A stretch of DNA of 64,000 bases from Minisyncoccia bacterium (GCA_044229265.1 JBGATK010000001.1:35776-99775), one strand, 5' to 3'; positions 1 to 9,320 are shown, numbered from the stretch's first letter. Program-made: numbers and translations. The notes: a model not told the origin generated them from the sequence alone.

Positions 1-434
1 GGAAAATTCTTTGGTCGTGGAGGGTAATTTATCAATCGAAAACTGCTAGTTTTCAACCCACCCATAGCTATGATACTGAGATCTACATTCACAGCTTCAC
101 TCATAATCTCAACCATATCAGACACAATTTTCTTGGCAGGAATAAGTAAATTTTTACCAGTCATGACTAGTTCTATGTCTACAAGTGATGACTTTTTTGG
201 TAATTCATATTCAGATGTAATATGAAAAATTTGCTTATAATCCCTTTTTTCAGGGCCATTGTATTCATAGCCACCTAAATAATCATCAAAGGTGTGAATT
301 AACCTATGTCTCATTGGTTGGGCATAGAACATTTGCCAAGACTTTCTGAATCTAGCAAATTGCTCTGCTAGTTTAGGGGGAATTGGGTATTCAAAATACC
401 CGTTTTCTAAGAAATCTTTTACGAATTGATTCAT
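1..434 (-). CDS. Partial ORF (N-terminal ~144 aa; C-terminus lies beyond the window start); possible 2OG-Fe(II) oxygenase-family protein
   Basis: Own translation of the minus strand from ATG (complement of 432-434) to the window edge: MNQFVKDFLENGYF...SSFRLINYPPRPKNF. The ...RLINYPP... segment resembles the conserved strand preceding the HxD motif in 2OG-Fe(II)/IPNS-type oxygenases. Not in the ORF track because it has no stop codon inside the window. Confidence 0.35.
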   Translation of the reverse strand, partial: MNQFVKDFLENGYFEYPIPPKLAEQFARFRKSWQMFYAQPMRHRLIHTFDDYLGGYEYNGPEKRDYKQIFHITSEYELPKKSSLVDIELVMTGKNLLIPAKKIVSDMVEIMSEAVNVDLSIIAMGGLKTSSFRLINYPPRPKNF

Positions 435-516
435 AAACAATAAATTTTTATGCCAAATTGGCAGTTAGCAATGAATTTCTAATGTTAGATTACCATTAAT
501 ACGGAAAAAGTAAAGA

Positions 517-549
517 AATAAAAAAAGCCGGACACAATGTTGTGCCGGC
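517..549 (-). terminator. Intrinsic terminator downstream of the 1130-aa gene
   Basis: GC hairpin gccggacacaatgttgtgccggc (527-549) preceded on the plus strand by an A-run, so on the minus strand the hairpin is followed by a T-run. Confidence 0.6.
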
Positions 550-610
550 CTTCGCAAACGAAGTCCTGATCGCCTCAGTGGTAACACTGCATGCGCCTCG
601 GGAAAATTTT

Positions 611-3600
611 CTATAATTTTAATACCTTAGCTTGGTATTTCTTAACATCTGTTATAACAGATATTATGTAAACACCGCTAGGGTATTTCTCTAAACTAAC
701 TTCAAGCTTATCACCATTTTGTACTGGCAATACTCTTGTTTCAATGCCTTCTGAACTAATTATGCTGACTTTAGCATTTTGAGTTCCTTTTGGCAAATCG
801 ATAAACAATACTCCCCCTGTTGGGTTTGGATGCACTGATATCTCAAATTTCATGGCATCAATCAAGATTTGGTTTCTTTGATATTCTATTTCAACATCCT
901 CTTTAGAAGAACGTGAAGAAAGTTTCTCATCGTCTCCAGAGGAATTATTAGCACTACCATCCACGTCTCCTATCTTGATGCCAAAAAAGTCAGCATTCAT
1001 GACATCACCTGGAGGTGTGCCGTAAGTAATACTCAAAAATTCAGGGAAATTCCAAGTCATTGAACCTGAAGGAAAAACAAAACTCTGTGGCACAAAGCGC
1101 CATGAATTATTGTTTTGAAACCTTGGGTTAATTCCTAGAATCAATTTCCTAATCTCGGAAATATCAGAGGCAGTGACTGAACCGCTATGGTTCACATCAG
1201 CAGCTATCATTTGATACGGACTAAGAGTATCTTTCCCTAAAACATATCGTTGTATTTTAACGATATCTCTAGTGCTGACACCAAATAACGGATCATCATC
1301 CTTAAAAGGACTTACCTTGTGGGTCTTAGGTGCTAAAGAATCGAACTTGTAAGATCCCGAGCATATCATGCTCGTAGAGTCTAAAGTCATTTTGACATCT
1401 TCAACAATAGAGCCATTTGGCCTTTGTAGCACACCTGCAACCATCAGTGTATCCTTGAAAGCTGTTGGGCAACGTTTAAAATTGTCTTGTATATGTATTT
1501 TTGTTTTGACAAAAGTATAATTGCCATAACAGTCGAAAGCATACACAGTAATATTTCTCCATCCTAAGGAATCACAAGGATAAAGCATTTCAGTAATAAT
1601 TGTATCTTTAAAGAATGAGAACTTAATATCTTCGTTTTTACAACAATTATCGCTGAAACTCTTGATGAATTTTTCCAGAATTACTTTTGCTCCTAATCCC
1701 ATCGGTGGACAATCTTGTATGTCAGTAGCAAGACCATCTAATAATATGAGGCTAGGTGCTTTTTTGTCGCTAACCGTGATATTCATTGAACAAGTCGATG
1801 TGGTACCACAGCTATCATAAACAGTGAAAACAACTTTATGAACACCATTTGGGTATTTACCACTCGCATTAGCTCCTTTGACGAAAGAATATTTAGAATC
1901 ATTACTGATTTTTAGAATACCCCCACAATCGATTGCTGTTACTGATTCTAAGTTTACTACAACTGAATCATTGCAAGCTCCATAGTTGGCAATACTCGTG
2001 TCTTTTGGACAAAAGGTGATTACTGGTTTTGTGGAATCCATTACCTCAATGATCTGAAGATGAGTCCAATATGGACCTGTTTTCGGATTAAAGTTGCACC
2101 AGTCTATAACTTTCCAAGTTCGTAAAATGCCTTTGCATTTTCCGTTCTTACGAAAATTAAAAACTTCGTCAATGTATGACCATGCTATTTGTTTAGAACA
2201 ACCAACATGATCAAACTTTGGATATAATCCTCTGTCCGGACCATAATTAGCATGACAATCCCAAAATACTGTGTCTCGTGGCCATTTGATATTACTTTCG
2301 TCAAACTTTCGGCCATCGATTATAGTGATAGTCTGACTACAAATAGCTGTATTCCCGTTTGATGCAGTTGCCGTAAAAGTACGAACAACAGTCCCGACAT
2401 TACACATAGTTAGAAAATTTATAAAAGTATCTTTTAAAGATACTCCACAACTACTATATGCAACTGCTTTGCCATATTTTGATAAGTTTAAAATATCAAA
2501 AGTATCACAAGCTACGGTTATGTCGCGAGGGCAAGTTATTCTCGGAATACTTTTGTCTTGAAGAGTTATTGTAGAAAAACATTGAGCGATTTGATTTGTG
2601 TCGCACTTACTTCTTGCTTGTAAACAGACTTGAATAGTTTTACCAACATCATTACAACATAATTCCACATACTTACCTTCTTTACCTGTATCGAGTCTTT
2701 TAACGGTAAGAGTATAACCACAGCAAAGACTAACCATATCAATGAAAAAACTTTCAGCATAAACTCTAGAACAACTGTCTGAATTTAAGCTTGTATTTAT
2801 AGCTTTTTCACAAACGATATTAAAGGAGTTGTCTTCCTTTACATTTACCCAATACGAAGAAATCGTTTGATTACCACATCCATCTGTAATGGTGTAAATT
2901 ACCTCAAATTTTTTGATTTGAACTCTAATACCAGCAATATAGCCACCATTACCACGAATATCTCCGTAGTCTGTGTGTATAAACACACTGGCATTTTTGT
3001 CGCAATCATCAAATTGAATCGCTGGAACAAAATATTCCGCTTCGCAATCTGTATTGTTAACATAAATTGTTACATCTTTGGGCTTGTTTGCCACCAAAGG
3101 TGCGTCAAAGTCTGTGAAGATATACTTTGCTACGTATTTTTCTCCACAACTGGAGTTCCATTCATAGTAAACTATTCTCTCACATCCATTAGTTTCCTCC
3201 CAAACTTTTTTGGCAGGTCCCCATTGGCAGAAATTTCCAAGGGCCGAACAAAGAAATTCTATTTTGAAACCATAGAATTCCCAAATCGGTGGATTACATT
3301 GTTGATCAAAAGGATTACACCATCCATGTATAGGATTTGTACCATATACGAGGATATGAAATCCTTTATTTGCGTCGAAATATTTATTAAAAACAAATTC
3401 GACTAAACCAGAAGAATCTTTAGTAAACTTTACATCCACATTTACAGAATCAATTGCCTTTAGATTCCAATTTGCGTCGTAAAGTTCAGCTACGAGCCAT
3501 TTAGGTGCATTGGGTTTATTCTGGTCAGGTCTAGCCATCATGCTTTTGGTTACCCAGACATAATTAACCCAGAATCTGTTTACAACTGTGCCATGCTTGG

Positions 3601-4003
3601 TGTTACCAGTAATATTTACGGTACTATCCTTATCCTTAAACTGCATTACGCAAGTAGGCTTTGGATTAACTAAATTATTACAGCTGTTCCCAAGCTTGTC
3701 TTCAAGGAAACCTTCAGCACACAAACCATTGAATGGCAAGCCTCCTTGTAAATTCAGAGCCACACATGAAAGATTTTTAATCTCAACCATGTCTGTATCA
3801 ATCTCAGGGTAGGGTAAAGGACCCGGAAAAATCTGAAACATTTTTACTTCATCCTTGCAGGATAACGTAATTGCTGTGTCAGCATTTGGCGGACCTCCGG
3901 CCACCACGGCAGAAGCAGGCGGAGCTTCTGGCTTGTAGGTTAAGAAACAAGCACCCACGCCAAGGAGTGCCAAAAAGCCGTTTCGGAAATTTTTTAAATT
4001 CAT
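611..4003 (-). CDS. Giant cysteine-rich secreted lipoprotein with a dockerin-like segment and a T9SS (Por) C-terminal sorting domain
   Basis: 1130-aa ORF. N-terminus MNLKNFRNGFLALLGVGAC is a signal peptide with a lipobox-like GVGAC. Very many Cys residues. The segment DIVKIQRYVLG...ADVNHSGSVTASDISEIRKLILG resembles a dockerin repeat pair. The C-terminus VHPNPTGGVLFIDLP...KVSIISSEGIETRVL...YPSGVYIISVITDVKKYQAKVLKL matches the T9SS C-terminal-domain pattern (YPNP...I.LP...G.Y...K..K). Confidence 0.7.
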   Translation of the reverse strand: MNLKNFRNGFLALLGVGACFLTYKPEAPPASAVVAGGPPNADTAITLSCKDEVKMFQIFPGPLPYPEIDTDMVEIKNLSCVALNLQGGLPFNGLCAEGFLEDKLGNSCNNLVNPKPTCVMQFKDKDSTVNITGNTKHGTVVNRFWVNYVWVTKSMMARPDQNKPNAPKWLVAELYDANWNLKAIDSVNVDVKFTKDSSGLVEFVFNKYFDANKGFHILVYGTNPIHGWCNPFDQQCNPPIWEFYGFKIEFLCSALGNFCQWGPAKKVWEETNGCERIVYYEWNSSCGEKYVAKYIFTDFDAPLVANKPKDVTIYVNNTDCEAEYFVPAIQFDDCDKNASVFIHTDYGDIRGNGGYIAGIRVQIKKFEVIYTITDGCGNQTISSYWVNVKEDNSFNIVCEKAINTSLNSDSCSRVYAESFFIDMVSLCCGYTLTVKRLDTGKEGKYVELCCNDVGKTIQVCLQARSKCDTNQIAQCFSTITLQDKSIPRITCPRDITVACDTFDILNLSKYGKAVAYSSCGVSLKDTFINFLTMCNVGTVVRTFTATASNGNTAICSQTITIIDGRKFDESNIKWPRDTVFWDCHANYGPDRGLYPKFDHVGCSKQIAWSYIDEVFNFRKNGKCKGILRTWKVIDWCNFNPKTGPYWTHLQIIEVMDSTKPVITFCPKDTSIANYGACNDSVVVNLESVTAIDCGGILKISNDSKYSFVKGANASGKYPNGVHKVVFTVYDSCGTTSTCSMNITVSDKKAPSLILLDGLATDIQDCPPMGLGAKVILEKFIKSFSDNCCKNEDIKFSFFKDTIITEMLYPCDSLGWRNITVYAFDCYGNYTFVKTKIHIQDNFKRCPTAFKDTLMVAGVLQRPNGSIVEDVKMTLDSTSMICSGSYKFDSLAPKTHKVSPFKDDDPLFGVSTRDIVKIQRYVLGKDTLSPYQMIAADVNHSGSVTASDISEIRKLILGINPRFQNNNSWRFVPQSFVFPSGSMTWNFPEFLSITYGTPPGDVMNADFFGIKIGDVDGSANNSSGDDEKLSSRSSKEDVEIEYQRNQILIDAMKFEISVHPNPTGGVLFIDLPKGTQNAKVSIISSEGIETRVLPVQNGDKLEVSLEKYPSGVYIISVITDVKKYQAKVLKL

Positions 4004-4116
4004 AAGATTATGATTTTTAAAAGTTAAAAAATATTTTTCAAAAAAACGAATATGTTCAGGGCTGATATTAAAACATATTTGCCAAAAAGTAAAGGGCTCG
4101 TATTCTAATAACTAAT

Positions 4117-4150
4117 ACAAAAAATACACAGGCAAGACCTGTGTATTTTT
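4117..4150 (-). terminator. Intrinsic terminator after rplK (bidirectional-looking)
   Basis: Hairpin atacacaggcaagacctgtgtat (4124-4146) flanked by an A-run upstream and a T-run downstream. The same acacagg/cctgtgt stem recurs at 27045-27064. Confidence 0.6.
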
Positions 4151-4166
4151 GTATGTTTTTATATTA

Positions 4167-4592
4167 TTAGTCTTTTACTTCTATTCCCATACTGCGAGCA
4201 GAGCCAGCTATGATATTTATGAGTCCCTCATCGTCTTTAGCATTTAGATCCACTGCCTTTTTCTTACCAATTTCTAGAGCTTGAGCGCGAGTAATTTTGC
4301 CTACTTTCGAAACTGCATTTTTACCAGAACCTTTTTCTATGCCTGCTGCTTTTAGGATAAGTCCTGAAGCTGGTGAAGTTTTGATATCAAAATCATAAGT
4401 TCTGTCTTCGTATACACGAACTTTTACACCCACCATCTCACCCATCATAGTTTGAGTAGCAGCATTAAACTTAGTAACAAAGTCGCCGATATTAATACCA
4501 GCCTGACCAAGTGCAGGACCAAGTGGTGGAGCTGGAGTTGCCCGGCCACCCATAATTTGAAGTTTTATTTTTTTAGTTATATTCTTTGCCAT
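4167..4592 (-). CDS. rplK: 50S ribosomal protein L11
   Basis: 141 aa; MAKNITKKIKLQIMGGRATPAPPLGPALGQAGINI... is a near-universal L11 sequence. Confidence 0.95.
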   Translation of the reverse strand: MAKNITKKIKLQIMGGRATPAPPLGPALGQAGINIGDFVTKFNAATQTMMGEMVGVKVRVYEDRTYDFDIKTSPASGLILKAAGIEKGSGKNAVSKVGKITRAQALEIGKKKAVDLNAKDDEGLINIIAGSARSMGIEVKD

Positions 4593-4635
4593 GATTTTTA
4601 CTCTACTATAAATTTAATTAAATTGCAAAATTTTC

Positions 4636-4680
4636 TTAACCCCCGACGCATTAAGTCGGGGAGCCGACTTTACGTCGGCT
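4636..4680. repeat. Two consecutive GC-rich hairpins in the nusG-rplK spacer (ccccgac-N7-gtcgggg; agccgac-N5-gtcggct)
   Basis: Read directly. Same style as the ccccgac...gtcgggg hairpins at 40279-40297 and 41554-41585. Possible rplK leader structure or attenuator. Confidence 0.5.
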
Positions 4681-4687
4681 TTGCTAA

Positions 4688-5233
4688 CTAGATTTTCTTC
4701 ACCTGAAGAAAATCTAGCTCGACTGGAGTTTCGCGACCGAACATGGAAACCAAAACCTTTACTTTACCGCGTTCATTATCTACAGCGCCTACTTTACCTT
4801 CGAGGTCTTTAAACGGACCATCAGCAATGCGCACTGTTTCATCTACGGCTAGATCAATATTGTGTTTTGGTGTACCGCCATCCATTTTCTTGAACAAATA
4901 ATCCACTTCTTCCTTCTTGAGTGGTACTGGATTTACCCCTGCACCTACGAAACCTGTAACACGTGGAGTATTGCGCACGATATACCAAGAATCATCATCC
5001 ACTATCATATCTACCAATACATAACCCGGATAAACCTTTTCTTCTACTTCTACTCTTTTCCCAGCTTTGATTTTTATTTTCTTTTCTACAGGAACAATAA
5101 CATTGAAAATCTTTTCTTGCATACCCAAGGATTCGATGCGTTGTTTTAAATTACGCAAGACAACATTTTCATACCCTGCATAAGTATGAATTGCGTACCA
5201 ATTTCTAGATCCATGTGTTTCTTGTTTTGACAT
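4688..5233 (-). CDS. nusG: Transcription termination/antitermination factor NusG
   Basis: 181 aa; NGN and KOW regions (WYAIHTYAGYENVV...; GFVG...PVPL); secE-nusG-rplK synteny. Confidence 0.9.
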   Translation of the reverse strand: MSKQETHGSRNWYAIHTYAGYENVVLRNLKQRIESLGMQEKIFNVIVPVEKKIKIKAGKRVEVEEKVYPGYVLVDMIVDDDSWYIVRNTPRVTGFVGAGVNPVPLKKEEVDYLFKKMDGGTPKHNIDLAVDETVRIADGPFKDLEGKVGAVDNERGKVKVLVSMFGRETPVELDFLQVKKI

Positions 5234-5250
5234 AAAAATTTAAAATAATT

Positions 5251-5436
5251 TTATAAAGTAATTGCTAGGCCAAGTAAGTATGAGAACAAAACATCAAAAG
5301 CACCTAAAAAGTAAGCAACTAAAATAGAAAAAAGAATAACCACTAAAGTATACAAAAAAGTATGCCTACGAGAAGGCCAAACTATATTTTTTGCTTCAGC
5401 TTTTGTTTGTTTTAAATAATCGATAATTTTTGACAT
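5251..5436 (-). CDS. secE: Preprotein translocase subunit SecE
   Basis: 61 aa, single C-terminal transmembrane segment, immediately upstream of nusG. Confidence 0.8.
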   Translation of the reverse strand: MSKIIDYLKQTKAEAKNIVWPSRRHTFLYTLVVILFSILVAYFLGAFDVLFSYLLGLAITL

Positions 5437-5454
5437 TTTTTGAAAATTTATTTT

Positions 5455-5480
5455 ATTAAAAAAGCCCTTTTCGGGGCTCT
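5455..5480 (-). terminator. Intrinsic terminator (hairpin agcccttttcggggct followed on the minus strand by a T-run)
   Basis: Read directly; lies between the SIMPL-domain gene and secE. Confidence 0.5.
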
Positions 5481-5515
5481 TTTAATATTACTCTAGTTTT
5501 TATCGAGAGTCAAGT

Positions 5516-5558
5516 TTTTCAGGTGTTGGACACCTTTGAGGTGTCCAACACCTGAAAA
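5516..5558. repeat. Perfect 20-bp inverted repeat with a 3-nt loop (ttttcaggtgttggacacct ttg aggtgtccaacacctgaaaa)
   Basis: Read directly; starts right after the stop of the 5559-6341 gene. Far longer and more perfect than the other terminators in the window. Confidence 0.8.
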
Positions 5559-6341
5559 TTAACGAATAGAATAAGTAATGCTAACTGATGAACTTATAGT
5601 ATTTTCACCTGGTGGGAGTTCTGCTCTACCAGAAGACTCATTTGCTGAATCTAGACTAGCACTTGTTTTAGCATACTGAATAAAAGGATAACCATCAGAA
5701 TTTTCAGAAAAAGAAGTAATTCTGCCTAGGCGAACACCTAAATCTTTAGCTAAAACTTTTGCTTTTGCCCTAGCATCTTCGATAGCCTTTTTACGAGCCT
5801 CAGCTTTTAAGCCTTCTTCATCATCTATGGCGAAATTTGGACCGTATAAATTACTAACACCAGTTTTTCCTAATTCTTCAATAATAGCACCAGTAGTATC
5901 TAATTTACGAACCTTTACAGAAATAGTTTCGTAAGCTTCGTAGCCAATAATTTTTGGCGACTTTTGAGGACAAGGATAAGTAATACAATATATAGCTGTA
6001 TTATCGTATTTTGGATTAAAAGACGCAGATTCTGTTTTAATATCTTTATCCTCCACTCCAGCAGCACGTAACGCTACGAGGGCTTTGCCCTCTACTTCCG
6101 CCACAGCAGTTTGAGCTTCAGCTACTGTTTTACCTTCTTTGGTAATAGTAAAACTAATATTTGCTATATCTGATTTACCTTGAACTTCGCCTACACCTGT
6201 TACTGTAATTATATTTTTTTCTCCACCATACATACCCGCGAAATCATGCATTTTCCCCATAGGAGAAAATCTTACGAGAACAATGAGAGCCACTAATACT
6301 ACACCGACTTTAAATATAAAAGTTTTATTTTCTTGAAACAT
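5559..6341 (-). CDS. SIMPL/DUF541-domain protein (BP26/OMP28-like), N-terminal membrane anchor
   Basis: 260 aa; ITVTGVGEV...ANISF near the N-terminus and AELPPGENTISSSVSITYSI at the C-terminus, as in SIMPL-domain proteins. Confidence 0.55.
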   Translation of the reverse strand: MFQENKTFIFKVGVVLVALIVLVRFSPMGKMHDFAGMYGGEKNIITVTGVGEVQGKSDIANISFTITKEGKTVAEAQTAVAEVEGKALVALRAAGVEDKDIKTESASFNPKYDNTAIYCITYPCPQKSPKIIGYEAYETISVKVRKLDTTGAIIEELGKTGVSNLYGPNFAIDDEEGLKAEARKKAIEDARAKAKVLAKDLGVRLGRITSFSENSDGYPFIQYAKTSASLDSANESSGRAELPPGENTISSSVSITYSIR

Positions 6342-6351
6342 AAATTAATTC

Positions 6352-6891
6352 TTATTGTTTAGGATTAATAGCAACTAATTCTACTTCAAAAATCAAAGTA
6401 GAATTAGCAGGAATAGAACCAATAGCACGATTACCATAACCTTTCTCAGGAGAAATAGTAAGAGTTTTCTTTTCACCTACTTTCATACCTACGAGACCTT
6501 CATCCCAACCTTGTATTACTTGACCTGCACCCAAGGTAAATACAAATGGCTCTACATGAGAAAACTTTGGATCCACATTGGAATCAAAGACTACTCCATT
6601 TTGCAGACGACCAGTATAATTCATGACTAACACATCCCCGGGTTTTGAAACTACTCCAGTATTTGTACTTGTATTTGCACTAGTATTTGTATTTGCACTA
6701 ACTTCATCCTCGGACTTACCTTCTAACTCATTGTTTGTTGTATTTTGCACGTTTGTTTCTATTGTATTATCTTCTAAAATGTCAGTATTTGAATTTGATC
6801 TGGTACTAAGATAAATTCCAATACCAACTACGACTATAACTATAATTATATATACCCAATTTGCACCGTTTTTTGGTTGATTGTTTTCCAT
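6352..6891 (-). CDS. FKBP-type peptidyl-prolyl cis-trans isomerase, membrane-anchored with a low-complexity N/T/S linker
   Basis: 179 aa; GDVLVMNYTGRLQNGVVFDS...FTLGAGQVIQGWDEGLVGMKVGEKKTL...ANSTLIFEVELV is a canonical FKBP fold sequence. Confidence 0.85.
   Translation of the reverse strand: MENNQPKNGANWVYIIIVIVVVGIGIYLSTRSNSNTDILEDNTIETNVQNTTNNELEGKSEDEVSANTNTSANTSTNTGVVSKPGDVLVMNYTGRLQNGVVFDSNVDPKFSHVEPFVFTLGAGQVIQGWDEGLVGMKVGEKKTLTISPEKGYGNRAIGSIPANSTLIFEVELVAINPKQ
6656..6702. repeat. Short tandem ~18-bp repeat inside the FKBP gene, encoding the NTSANTSTNT linker
   Basis: agtatttgtacttgtatttgcact agtatttgtatttgcact read directly. Confidence 0.4.
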
Positions 6892-6899
6892 AAATTTTC

Positions 6900-6929
6900 C
6901 TTGTCCTCTATAGCTTTAGCGAAAGAGGA
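6900..6929 (+). repeat. Palindromic element copy: cttg tcctct-atagctttagcgaa-agagga
   Basis: 6-bp inverted arms around the GAAGCTTTAGCGAA-like core; member of the family listed in the findings. Confidence 0.6.
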
Positions 6930-6957
6930 AAAAATTAGCCCTTCGGATACCTAAGGG
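6930..6957 (-). terminator. Intrinsic terminator after murB
   Basis: Hairpin cccttcggatacctaaggg, followed on the minus strand by taatttttt. Confidence 0.55.
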
Positions 6958-6996
6958 TGAACTATTAATAATCTTATTCTAAACTAAAAGCCACAT

Positions 6997-8055
6997 TTAC
7001 ACAAAATTGACTTCTGGGGTAATAGTGATGCCGAATTTTTTATGGACAGCAGAGATGATTTTTTCAGCGAGGTTTAAAATATCCTGCCCAGTAGCTTCGC
7101 CATGATTCACTAATACTAAAGCTTGCTTATCATGAACTCCTGCAAAACCAAAAATTTGCCCCTTGAAACCACACTCCTCTATTAGCCACGCTGTGGGGAT
7201 TTTGTATTGTATTTTTTCCCCCTCTCCTTCCAGGAGAGGGGCTAGAGGTGAGGTAATGTCTTCTTTATAATGTGGCATTTGCGGATAAGTTTTCAAAAGT
7301 TCCAAAACTTTTTCTTGTGGCACTATAGTATTTTTAAAAAAGCTCCCGGCATTACCTAGAACCCTCCAATCTGGGAGCTTGCTTCTTCGAACAGCCTCTA
7401 CTGCATTTGCTACATCTTTTGATGTTTTTACTTCTAAATTATTTTGTATTAAATATTCTTTTAAAGCTTTATATTCAATATTTACTCTCGGCACTTTAGA
7501 TAATTTTAAAATTATCGCTGAAATAAAGTACTTGTCTTTAGCTTCTTTTTTAAAAATGCTATCTCTATATCCAAAAGAGCATTCATTGTTTTTAAAAACT
7601 TTTTTCTCTCCTGTAGATAATTCATAAGCTTCAATTTCATACAAAGTATCGCAAAGCTCTATGCCATAAGCACCAATATTTTGTATAGGCGCAGCCCCTA
7701 CAGTGCCGGGCACAAAAGCGAGATTTTCTATACCCCAAAAATTATGCTCCACAGAAAACAAAACTAAATCATGCCAAACTTCACCCCCCATGGCTCTTAA
7801 TAATACGAATTCTGGTTTTTCTTCAATAATTTCTATGCCTTTTAATTCATTTTTAATAACAATACCTTCGTAATCTTTGGTAAATAAAACATTACTACCG
7901 CCACCTAAAAACATATATTTATTTTCTTTAAAAATACTATTATGTAAAAGCTCTATTAAATCCTGTTCCGATTTTAAAAAAGTAAAAAATTTAGCAAATA
8001 CAGATATGCCAAAAGTATTGTGTTCTTTTAAATTAAAATTTTCTTTTAGTTCCAT
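6997..8055 (-). CDS. murB: UDP-N-acetylenolpyruvoylglucosamine reductase
   Basis: 352 aa; FAD-binding N-terminal domain (NTFGIS...LGGGSNVLF) and the MurB C-terminal domain. Confidence 0.85.
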   Translation of the reverse strand: MELKENFNLKEHNTFGISVFAKFFTFLKSEQDLIELLHNSIFKENKYMFLGGGSNVLFTKDYEGIVIKNELKGIEIIEEKPEFVLLRAMGGEVWHDLVLFSVEHNFWGIENLAFVPGTVGAAPIQNIGAYGIELCDTLYEIEAYELSTGEKKVFKNNECSFGYRDSIFKKEAKDKYFISAIILKLSKVPRVNIEYKALKEYLIQNNLEVKTSKDVANAVEAVRRSKLPDWRVLGNAGSFFKNTIVPQEKVLELLKTYPQMPHYKEDITSPLAPLLEGEGEKIQYKIPTAWLIEECGFKGQIFGFAGVHDKQALVLVNHGEATGQDILNLAEKIISAVHKKFGITITPEVNFV

Positions 8056-9320
8056 GCCAAAAATATAATAGCTGTTATACCTATAACTGCCATTAAAATA
8101 AATATTATATAACCTATGATATTTGTAAAAATATTATTTTTGAATTTACCCATAGTATCCATACCAGCAATTCTAACTATAAAATATAATACTATAGGTG
8201 CGATTATGCCATTTAATATTGCAGAATAAAGAAGCATTTTTATAGGGCTAATACCTACAAAATTAATTCCTACACCAAGCAGTATTGCAAAAGCAAGAGT
8301 AATATAAAAAGAAAGTGCATCTTTAAAATTACGATAAAGTCCATGCCTCCATTCTAACGCTTCTGATATAGCATACGATGCCCCACCAGCAAGGACTGGT
8401 ATAGAAAGTAGTCCAGTTCCTAAAATACCTATGGTAAAAAGCAAAAAAGCATATTCACCAGCAAAAGGTCGCAGAGCTTCTGCACCTTGGCTAGCTGTCT
8501 CAATACTAAAAATTCCATTTTTATATAAAGTAGCACCAGCCACTAAAATAATAAAAAACATAACTGTATTTGAAGCAAGCATGCCAAACCAAGTATCTAT
8601 ACGCATATCAGATATGTCATGTTTACTAGTTTTACTTTCAATTTCTTCTGGAGTTGTCTCACCCTCGGAAATTTTTTCTTCGACTTCTTGATCTGTCTGC
8701 CAAAAAAATAAATATGGTGATATTGTAGTTCCAAAAGCAGCACAAATAAGTAATACTGTTTCTTTGTTGAAATAAATTTTTGGATGAAAAATACTATACC
8801 CAACCTCTTTCCAAGAAATATCAATAAAAAAAGCAGTTAAAATATAGGCTATCAAAATGAAAGCTAAATATTTTAAATATTTTGAATATTTTTTATATGG
8901 TATAAAAACTTGCAATACTAAAGAGAAGAAAGCAAAGAAAAAAATTAAAAAAACAAAATTTAATTTTGGAAAAATAAGCTGACTAACTTCAGCCATAGCA
9001 CCTAAATTTGCCCCTATATTAAAAACATTGGCAATAAACAAAAACAAGGTTACAAAAAACAAAACTTTCGCTGAATAATGTTTTTTTATATTTGTTGCGA
9101 GCCCCCTGCCAGTCGCAAGGCCTATGCGTGCACACATTTCTTGAACTACAGACATAAACGGATACAAAAATGGAGCAAGCCAAAGCATATTGAAACCATA
9201 TTTAGCACCCATTTGAGTATAAGTAGCTATACCAGAAGGATCATCGTCAGCTGCACCAGTAGTTAAGCCTGGGCCAATAATACTAGTTATATGCTTAAAT
9301 TTGCGTAAGATTTTTTTCAT
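8046..9320 (-). CDS. mntH: NRAMP-family divalent metal (Mn2+/Fe2+) transporter
   Basis: 424 aa polytopic; GPGLTTGAADDDPSGIATYTQMGAKYGFNMLW is the NRAMP signature region. Overlaps the murB stop by 10 bp. Confidence 0.8.
   Translation of the reverse strand: MKKILRKFKHITSIIGPGLTTGAADDDPSGIATYTQMGAKYGFNMLWLAPFLYPFMSVVQEMCARIGLATGRGLATNIKKHYSAKVLFFVTLFLFIANVFNIGANLGAMAEVSQLIFPKLNFVFLIFFFAFFSLVLQVFIPYKKYSKYLKYLAFILIAYILTAFFIDISWKEVGYSIFHPKIYFNKETVLLICAAFGTTISPYLFFWQTDQEVEEKISEGETTPEEIESKTSKHDISDMRIDTWFGMLASNTVMFFIILVAGATLYKNGIFSIETASQGAEALRPFAGEYAFLLFTIGILGTGLLSIPVLAGGASYAISEALEWRHGLYRNFKDALSFYITLAFAILLGVGINFVGISPIKMLLYSAILNGIIAPIVLYFIVRIAGMDTMGKFKNNIFTNIIGYIIFILMAVIGITAIIFLAWN

Noticed and set aside
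2566-3812. Track ORFs 2566-2760(-), 2867-3406(+) and 3588-3812(+) inside or antisense to the 1130-aa gene
   Set aside because: They are fully embedded in or antisense to a much longer ORF that has coherent protein features. Their translations are low-complexity with no signals, so they are shadow ORFs.
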